NCBI GenBank assembly: GCA_964366335.1
Contig: CAYITQ010000001.1
Coordinates: 41,336 to 105,335, forward strand
Origin: an uncultured Gammaproteobacteria bacterium
Lineage (GTDB): Bacteria; Patescibacteriota; Microgenomatia; CAZETR01; Amesbacteraceae
Direction of reading: 5' to 3'
DNA: 64,000 bases
Position numbers and translations under genes: made by a program. This document shows, one piece after another, positions 57,530 through 64,000 of the stretch. The notes below the pieces were generated by a model. The model had not been told where the DNA came from. It saw nothing but the letters and a program-made list of their open reading frames with translations, and ran no database searches. Within the stretch, counting starts at the first letter, position 1, and every line of letters starts with the position of its first letter.

Positions 57530-58148
57530 AGATAAAAATAAAATATTGCCACAATGTTTTGCGACGGCCGGACAAGTGTCTGATGATGTGGTTATCGTTG
57601 ATAATACAGATCATAAATTTGTAAATTATTCGGATCAAAAAAATTATGCAGCTGCTCTTTGTAAACATGATTGGATACTATCTCTGGATGATGATGAGTG
57701 GCTGTCTCCCGAACTTATCGATGAACTACAAACTATAAACGATGAACAATATACTGCCTATAAAATCCCAAGACTTAATTATATTTTTGGCAAAGCCATT
57801 TATCATACCAATTGGGGACCCGATGTGGATAGACATGTCTGGTTATACGACAGAAAAAGTTGTGAGTGGGTGGGTAGTGTGCATGAAGAAATTAAAACAA
57901 AAAGGAAGATTGGTCGACTCAAGGGTTTCAAGATTCACCAAAACTATACAACAGTTGAACAGTTTATGAATAAATTAAATGACTACACATCACGCGAGAC
58001 AACAGCCGTCAATCCTGCTTTTGATTTTATTCGCCGGTATATTTGGCACAGAGGATTTCTGGATGGTTGGCATGGATTGTTTTTGAGTTATTTGATGATG
58101 ATCTATCATATTGTGGTATGGGTAAAGAAAAAGTCCTCATCGTCTTAA
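57501..58148 (+). CDS. GT2 glycosyltransferase (KdtX-like)
   Basis: 'QKNYA', 'WILSLDDDE', 'VHE', 'GFLDGWHG'. Confidence 0.88.
   Translation: MKISVTIISRDKNKILPQCFATAGQVSDDVVIVDNTDHKFVNYSDQKNYAAALCKHDWILSLDDDEWLSPELIDELQTINDEQYTAYKIPRLNYIFGKAIYHTNWGPDVDRHVWLYDRKSCEWVGSVHEEIKTKRKIGRLKGFKIHQNYTTVEQFMNKLNDYTSRETTAVNPAFDFIRRYIWHRGFLDGWHGLFLSYLMMIYHIVVWVKKKSSSS
57721..57755. repeat. Intragenic 7-bp array
   Basis: ATGAACT ACAAACT ATAAACG ATGAACA ATATACT. Confidence 0.7.
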
Positions 58149-59416
58149 TTTTAATATTGGGACTAGGGTTAAGACTCGTAAACTTAAACCAGAGTTTGTG
58201 GCTAGATGAAGCGGCACAAGCTGTAATGTCTGAAAAGAGTGTAGATGAAATATGGTCTGCACGTCAAGCTGATTTTCACCCACCCTTATTTTATATCCTG
58301 GCTCATTATTGGATACAGGTCAATCGTTTGGAAATATGGTTACGATTATTACCAGTAATGTTTGGGGTAATTTCGATCGGATTAATATATTTATTAGCCG
58401 GAAGAAATAAGTTTGGACTACTCTCTGCATTTTTTCTGGCCATCAATCCCTATCACATTTATTATTCACAAGAATTTAGGAGTTACTCTATGCTCGCGAT
58501 GCTTGGTTTGCTTTCCATGCTTTTTCTGAAACAGAAAAAATATATATTTATGGCGGTCACCAATACCTTGATTTTGTACACTCATTATTCAGGTATGTTT
58601 CTGATTTTAGCTCAAATACTTATTCGCCCTATTACTATTCCCTATTTACTAGTGCCTATTGCCTTATATTCACCTTGGATTCTCAAGTTTGCGGAGCAAC
58701 TCCGGAGCGGAGTAAATATAGATAGCTATTTACCTGGCTGGAGAAATGTCCTGACTCTCTCTCCCGCCAAAGCTATTCCGGAAATAATATTCAAATTTAT
58801 GGCCGGACGGATTAACTTGATGCCTAAATGGATATATGCCATATATATAATTTTTGTATTGGGGGTAACGTCCGCTGGAATATTCCTGAATAGATTGGAA
58901 AGAAAGTTTTTGTGGGTGTGGTTAGGAATACCTATATTGGTTAGTTTTATTTTATCTTTTTGGATTCCTCAAACCCAGCCATTTAGATTACTGTATTGTT
59001 TGCCGGCTCTGATTATGATAATGGCAGGTGCAGCCACCAAATTTCCCAAAACTTTTATCACGCTGATGGTATATATCAGCGTTGTAGGTAATGTATTGTA
59101 TTTCACAAGACCTAGGTTACAGCGTGAGCAGTGGAGACAGGCGATTGATTTTATGCGTATGCAAAATGTTACAGTCGTAGTCAAGTTTTTTGATAAATTT
59201 GCCCCATTTTACTGGTATGATCCCAATTTAAAAGTAGTGACAAGTGACAAAGTAACAAGCGACATGAAGAAGTTTTGGTATATGGAATATCTTACTGGTC
59301 TTACTGACCCTGCCAAATTGACGCAGAAGAAGTTGGAAGCTGGAGGTTGGAAAATAACAGATACTAAAAACTTTGAGGGAGTTGGGTTAATATATAAATA
59401 TGAAAGTCGGAATTGA
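58118..59416 (+). CDS. GT39/ArnT-like GT-C glycosyltransferase
   Basis: 'QSLWLDEA', 'DFHPPLFY', 'YYSQEFRSY', 'YTHY'. Confidence 0.88.
   Translation: MGKEKVLIVLILILGLGLRLVNLNQSLWLDEAAQAVMSEKSVDEIWSARQADFHPPLFYILAHYWIQVNRLEIWLRLLPVMFGVISIGLIYLLAGRNKFGLLSAFFLAINPYHIYYSQEFRSYSMLAMLGLLSMLFLKQKKYIFMAVTNTLILYTHYSGMFLILAQILIRPITIPYLLVPIALYSPWILKFAEQLRSGVNIDSYLPGWRNVLTLSPAKAIPEIIFKFMAGRINLMPKWIYAIYIIFVLGVTSAGIFLNRLERKFLWVWLGIPILVSFILSFWIPQTQPFRLLYCLPALIMIMAGAATKFPKTFITLMVYISVVGNVLYFTRPRLQREQWRQAIDFMRMQNVTVVVKFFDKFAPFYWYDPNLKVVTSDKVTSDMKKFWYMEYLTGLTDPAKLTQKKLEAGGWKITDTKNFEGVGLIYKYESRN
59237..59265. repeat. Intragenic 7/8-bp array (TTGTYAC family, reverse orientation)
   Basis: GTGACAA GTGACAA A GTAACAA GCGACAT. 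The same family occurs forward at 12676-12705 and 63891-63912. Confidence 0.65.
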
Positions 59417-60335
59417 TATATCATCAATAATTTATGGCACTGGAGTGTCTAATTATACCCAGGAGTTGATTAATAATCTGCAACCATTGGTTGATCTAAA
59501 AACATTTAAATTTTCCAGATATCCACTCATGGCCATGGAATTTTTGTGGAACTGGCTACACATTGTGGACGTAGAGACTTTTACGGGTCCAATCGATATC
59601 TATCATTCGTCAGATTGGATTCAGGGGCCAAGTAATGCTAAAAAAGTGACGACCATTCATGATCTGACTCCTTTTATATATCCAGCTGAGCTGGATCCAA
59701 AAATTGTGGAGGTGCATACTGCCAAGATGAAGTGGGCAGTCAAAGAGTGCGACGCATTTATATGTGTCTCTCAGAATACTGCATCTGATTTGAGAAGACT
59801 ATTTAATATACATCCCGATAAGATTCATGTGATTTATGAAGCCATGTCCACTAGACACAAATTAAGTAAACAAATAACCAAATATTCAAATTACATAATG
59901 GCGGTAGGAGCACGCCAACCTCGCAAAAAGATTGAACACCTGAAGAAAGCCTGTGAAATCGCAGGACTTAAATTGATAGTTGTTGGTGAAGGAAGTGATC
60001 TGGGTTATATCTCAGACCAAGATTATGTCAATTATTTGGCTGGCGCCTCAGCTTTTGTTTATCCTTCTCTTTATGAAGGTTTTGGTCTGCCTATATTAGA
60101 GGCTTTTTATCATAAGACTCCTGTTGCTTGTTCAAATACTTCTTCGTTGCCTGAGGTTGCCGGGGACGCTGCAATATATTTTGATCCGTATAATATTGAG
60201 CAAATGGCCAAAGCCATCACAGAGGCTATTAAAAACAGACAAAAACTAGTTGAGTTGGGGACTAAGCAATTAGCCAAATTCAGCTGGGACAAATGCGCAA
60301 AAGAAACACTTGAAGTTTATAAATCATTAATATGA
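59400..60335 (+). CDS. GT4 glycosyltransferase
   Basis: 'TGVSNY', 'TIHDL', 'YEGFGLPILEA'. Confidence 0.92.
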   Translation: MKVGIDISSIIYGTGVSNYTQELINNLQPLVDLKTFKFSRYPLMAMEFLWNWLHIVDVETFTGPIDIYHSSDWIQGPSNAKKVTTIHDLTPFIYPAELDPKIVEVHTAKMKWAVKECDAFICVSQNTASDLRRLFNIHPDKIHVIYEAMSTRHKLSKQITKYSNYIMAVGARQPRKKIEHLKKACEIAGLKLIVVGEGSDLGYISDQDYVNYLAGASAFVYPSLYEGFGLPILEAFYHKTPVACSNTSSLPEVAGDAAIYFDPYNIEQMAKAITEAIKNRQKLVELGTKQLAKFSWDKCAKETLEVYKSLI

Positions 60336-60946
60336 AATTAAATATTCCATTTATCCAAAACCGGGGGTTTGAGTGCGGACAGACTTGTGTTGCCATGATG
60401 ATTAAATATTATTATCCAGATTTCGAGTCGGATTTCGATGAATTTAATAAAATTGTTGGTCACCAAAAAGGAATGTATACATTTTTATCACAAGAGGTAG
60501 TTTTGCTTGACCATTTTGGATTGAAGGCAATATGTTTCTCCAAAAAAGACTATTTTATTAATGAAGAAGAATTTAGGGTGAATTGGGGAGAGAAGAATTG
60601 GGAAGAACAAAAGAGATATATTGATTTGGAAAATCATGAAAAGTTCAGATCAAAAATGATTGAATTGGGACTTTTTGAAAAAAAAGATCATACGGTTCAA
60701 CAACTATTGGAATACACCGAAAAAGGATTTCTTGTTCAGGTGTGTATTGACTGGAATACACTAGTAGATAAAACGGGGCCATATCAAGGACATTTTGTGG
60801 TAATTTCTGGTATTGAAGGTGAAGATGTTTTGATTCATGATCCGGACGATGTCCCATATGTAAGATATGCGAGAAATAAACTTGAAAAAGCTTTTAAACA
60901 CCCTGTAATCGATGATGATGTTATAGTAGTATTTGGAAAAAAGTAA
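60332..60946 (+). CDS. Peptidase C39-like (papain-fold) protein
   Basis: 'PFIQ....CGQTCVAM', 'GHFVVISG', 'IHDP' give a Q-C-H-D catalytic set. Confidence 0.8.
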   Translation: MKLNIPFIQNRGFECGQTCVAMMIKYYYPDFESDFDEFNKIVGHQKGMYTFLSQEVVLLDHFGLKAICFSKKDYFINEEEFRVNWGEKNWEEQKRYIDLENHEKFRSKMIELGLFEKKDHTVQQLLEYTEKGFLVQVCIDWNTLVDKTGPYQGHFVVISGIEGEDVLIHDPDDVPYVRYARNKLEKAFKHPVIDDDVIVVFGKK

Positions 60947-60947
60947 T

Positions 60948-61754
60948 ATGTTGTCTGATGCTACAAAGATTGCATTATTTAAAGGAAAAGAGATTAGAAA
61001 ACTGATCTATAAAAATGAGTGGTGGTTTGTTATAGAAGATGTAGTTTTGGCACTTATTGATTCTACTGATTCCAAACAATATATCCAACGAATGAAATTA
61101 CGCGATATGGAATTGGCAAAAGGGTGGGTACAAATTGTACATACCCTTTCTATAAAAACTGCCGGTGGAAATCAACAAATGAATTGTGCTAATACTGAAG
61201 GAATATTTCGTATCATTCAATCAATCCCCTCATCAAAAGCAGAACCATTAAAAAGATGGTTGGCAAAAGTTGGATATGAGAGAATTCAAGAAATAGAGGA
61301 TCCTGAATTGGCCACAAAGCGTACACGAGTATTGTATAAATTAAAGGGATACCGTGGTGATTGGATAGAAAAAAGAATGCGAGGCATAGCAATTCGCGGA
61401 GAACTAACTGACGAGTGGAAGAATAGAGGAGTAAAGCAACAGAGAGAGTATGAGATATTAACAGCAGAGATTTCCAAAGCCACATTTGGAGTAACGCCCA
61501 GTGAATACAAGAAATTAAAGGGACTCAAGAGACAAAACTTACGAGATCATATGGATGATTTTGAATTGATCTTTACAATGCTTGGAGAAAGATCAACAAC
61601 AGAAATTCATCGCACAGAAAATTCCCAGGGCATGAATAAACTCGCAAGAGATGCTAAAGTTGGTGGTGATATTGCAGGGGGAGCTAGGAAAAAGTTGGAA
61701 AAGCGTCTCAAGCGGTCGATTGTTAGTAAAAATAATTATAAAAAATTAGTATGA
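60948..61754 (+). CDS. Bro-N domain protein (phage antirepressor-like)
   Basis: 'LFKGKEIRK...EWWFVIEDVV', 'RIIQSIPSSKAEPLKRWLAKVGYERI', 'NLRDHM'. Confidence 0.87.
   Translation: MLSDATKIALFKGKEIRKLIYKNEWWFVIEDVVLALIDSTDSKQYIQRMKLRDMELAKGWVQIVHTLSIKTAGGNQQMNCANTEGIFRIIQSIPSSKAEPLKRWLAKVGYERIQEIEDPELATKRTRVLYKLKGYRGDWIEKRMRGIAIRGELTDEWKNRGVKQQREYEILTAEISKATFGVTPSEYKKLKGLKRQNLRDHMDDFELIFTMLGERSTTEIHRTENSQGMNKLARDAKVGGDIAGGARKKLEKRLKRSIVSKNNYKKLV
61119..61149. repeat. 31-bp palindrome inside Bro-N gene (ACA-N3-TGT core)
   Basis: AAAGGGT-gg-GTACA-aat-TGTAC-at-ACCCTTT. Confidence 0.8.
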
Positions 61755-62842
61755 TTATCGGAATTGATGCCAATGAAGCCAATCTGACCCAGAATAGAGT
61801 GGGGATAAATGAGTATGCCTACAATTTGCTCTGGGCCCTCTCTCAATTAAAAACTAAGCACCAGTTTGTAATTTATCTTAAAAATCCACCCCAGAAAGAC
61901 TTGCCGGATTTGAATTACAGAGTAATTCCCTTTTTTAAATTGTGGACTCAGACACGTCTCCCCTTAGATCTTTATATCCATAATCCTAGACCAGACGTAT
62001 TTTTCAGCATGACCCACTATGCCCCGAGATTTGCTCCCATGCCGACAGTTGTCTCGATAATGGACCTGGGCTTTTTGTCCACTCCTGATCAATTTACTGC
62101 AAAGGATTTTAATCAATTGAAGAGTTGGACCACTTACTCTATAAAAAATGCCAGCAAAGTCATGGCCATATCAGATTACACCCGTGATGCAATAATCAAA
62201 ATTTATAATAAAAACCCAACTGATGTAATTACTGCTCATTTGGCGTGTAATCCGGCGATAGACGGACCAGTTCACAATAAATCAGTCTTGAAAAAATATG
62301 GTATCTCCAAACCCTATTTTATTTTTGTAGGAAGCTTAAAACCCAGTAAAAATGTAGAGGGGCTAGTCAAAGCCTTTGCCAAACTGGATGAAAATTATAA
62401 TTTAGTAATTGTTGGCAAAAAAGCCTGGCTCTACGCCGGAATATTTGGCCTGGTTAGAAGTTTGAAGTTAGACGAAAGAGTTGTATTTACCGGTTTTGTA
62501 GAAGAATGGGAAAAACAAGTCTTATTGTCTGAAAGTATGGCTTTTGTCCTACCGTCTTTTGTAGAAGGCTTTGGAATTCCCATTTTAGAGGCCATGGTTT
62601 GTCAGACACCTGTGGTGGTCTCAGCCGTGGCCAGTCTGCCCGAAGTAGCAAGTACTGCCGGTATCTATGTACAGCCAGATGACATAGATAGTATTACCGC
62701 CGGAATGCAAAAAGCAGTCACCGACCGCGAAAAATTTGTAAAGTTAGGTCTAGAAAGAGTAAAATCATTCAGTTGGGCCAAATGCGCCCAGGAAACCTTG
62801 GCTGTACTTGAATTATGCTATACGAACAAAACATCAAAATAA
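61751..62842 (+). CDS. GT4 glycosyltransferase
   Basis: 'IGIDANEAN...VGINEY', 'VGSLKPSKN', 'EGFGIPILEAM'. Confidence 0.92.
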   Translation: MIIGIDANEANLTQNRVGINEYAYNLLWALSQLKTKHQFVIYLKNPPQKDLPDLNYRVIPFFKLWTQTRLPLDLYIHNPRPDVFFSMTHYAPRFAPMPTVVSIMDLGFLSTPDQFTAKDFNQLKSWTTYSIKNASKVMAISDYTRDAIIKIYNKNPTDVITAHLACNPAIDGPVHNKSVLKKYGISKPYFIFVGSLKPSKNVEGLVKAFAKLDENYNLVIVGKKAWLYAGIFGLVRSLKLDERVVFTGFVEEWEKQVLLSESMAFVLPSFVEGFGIPILEAMVCQTPVVVSAVASLPEVASTAGIYVQPDDIDSITAGMQKAVTDREKFVKLGLERVKSFSWAKCAQETLAVLELCYTNKTSK

Positions 62843-63456
62843 ACTCAAAAGGAATAGGATTTACCACTAAGGATGGGAAGCCGTTGAATGTAGCTAGTGC
62901 TTTGGGAAAAGCGTGCAGGAGAGTCTTGAATTGGTACTGGGATTTTGAGCTAATGATATTACATTTCGTTTCAGAGCATTGCCCGATTGGACCGGTTCGT
63001 TACGCTTTATTTACCTTATCCGGCTTAAAAATGGGACAAGGATCGACTCTACATATGGGGGTTAGGTTTTTTGATCCCAAGGGTATAAATATTGGCGAAG
63101 ATACAATTGTGGGCTTTGGGACATTTTTGGATGGTAGAAAAGAAATCAAAATCGGAAATCATGTGGATATTGCCTCGGAAGTGATGATATACAATTCGGA
63201 ACATGATTTGGATTCAGAGGAATTTACCGCCCGGGAGGAAGCCGTTGTTATAGGTGACTATGTCTTTATCGGTCCTAGAGCCATTATTATGCCCGGAGTA
63301 AAGATAGGTAAGGGAGCAGTGATTGCGGGTGGAGCGGTAGTAACTAAGGATGTGGATGAGTTTATAGTAGTGGGTGGGATACCAGCTAAAGTAATAGGGG
63401 AGCGGAAAAACAAAAATCCTAAATATCATTTGGGCCGGGCCCGCCTGTTTCAATGA
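62815..63456 (+). CDS. Hexapeptide-repeat (LbH) O-acyltransferase
   Basis: 'IGDYVFIGPRAIIMPGVKIGKGAVIAGGAVVTKDV...GGIPAK'. Confidence 0.9.
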   Translation: MLYEQNIKINSKGIGFTTKDGKPLNVASALGKACRRVLNWYWDFELMILHFVSEHCPIGPVRYALFTLSGLKMGQGSTLHMGVRFFDPKGINIGEDTIVGFGTFLDGRKEIKIGNHVDIASEVMIYNSEHDLDSEEFTAREEAVVIGDYVFIGPRAIIMPGVKIGKGAVIAGGAVVTKDVDEFIVVGGIPAKVIGERKNKNPKYHLGRARLFQ

Positions 63457-63938
63457 AAATATTTCTGGCCATTATCTGGTTCTTTTGCGCCGCTTACCTT
63501 CTCTATCCTGATAGTAGCTTTCCCCATGATTTACCAAATTCACTAAAGTCTTTTGAGCCGGCAGATACCGAATCACTCAACCGGAAGGCATATTTTACCA
63601 ATATGACCCGTGAGCAAATCATGGATTTTTATAAACGCAATTTTGTAGGTATCTTGAGTTACAGACTAAATTATCCTCCGGAAGAGGCTCAATCTTTGAT
63701 TCGTGATCAAACCCAAAGCAGTTTTTTGGAAGAAATCGTCCATTTTGGCAAGCAGTCTCTGTTTATTAATGGCTTTGTTCCCATCAAACCCACGGAACAG
63801 ATAAATATAAATGGTGTCCATTACACCACCAAAGTTACTGTCCGGTATGTTCCGTCTGAATATATCATCCGTCTGACCACTCTTTTACTTTTGTCACTTG
63901 TTACTTTGTCACTGGTAAAAGCTTATGGAAAAATATAA
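63453..63938 (+). CDS. Hypothetical membrane-anchored protein
   Basis: TM segments at both termini; overlaps both neighbours in the operon. Confidence 0.7.
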   Translation: MKIFLAIIWFFCAAYLLYPDSSFPHDLPNSLKSFEPADTESLNRKAYFTNMTREQIMDFYKRNFVGILSYRLNYPPEEAQSLIRDQTQSSFLEEIVHFGKQSLFINGFVPIKPTEQININGVHYTTKVTVRYVPSEYIIRLTTLLLLSLVTLSLVKAYGKI

Positions 63939-64000
63939 ATGGTGGCTGTTATTACTGGTGTTGTTTGTAGTCCCCTTGTATCCCAAGTTTCCTCTTTTGG
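63925..64000 (+). CDS. Start of a membrane protein running off the window (possibly O-antigen ligase/polymerase-like)
   Basis: ATG 63925: MEKYKWWLLLLVLFVVPLYPKFPLL..., open to the window end. The family guess rests on this short N-terminus only. Confidence 0.45.
   Translation, partial: MEKYKWWLLLLVLFVVPLYPKFPLL

Noticed and set aside
1-64000. Stop-codon reassignment (code 25), DGR, retron, prophage or IS element
   Set aside because: TGA ends many full-length genes at ATGA overlaps, so the standard code fits. No reverse transcriptase, transposase, integrase or phage structural genes were seen. Bro-N alone does not make a prophage.

Overview
A 64-kb section of a very large, densely packed cell-surface glycosylation locus. 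The host is most likely a Patescibacteria (CPR), Microgenomates-like bacterium; this is inferred from gene content, overlapping ATGA junctions, near-leaderless promoters and the standard genetic code. About 59 CDS are supported: ~16 GT-C-fold membrane glycosyltransferases (five tandem ArnT/PMT-like paralogs, three very large AftD-like proteins), 13 GT2 genes, 5 GT4 genes, a Wzx-type flippase, GalE, an AsnB-type amidotransferase, six SAM methyltransferases, a hexapeptide acyltransferase, and a UbiA/PHP/kinase/nucleotidyltransferase sub-module. Three non-glycan insertions interrupt it. (1) A five-gene module (2594-5578) bracketed by a degenerate ~95-bp four-palindrome repeat with compensatory changes. 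(2) A DUF3800 (RNase H-like) gene with a convergent predicted ~95-nt RNA that has a consensus sigma70 promoter and an intrinsic terminator. (3) A C39-like peptidase plus Bro-N gene pair. Several short palindrome families and 7-bp tandem arrays occur both between genes and in-frame inside genes. No rRNA, tRNA, CRISPR array, transposase or integrase was seen. All family assignments come from motif recognition, not database searches.
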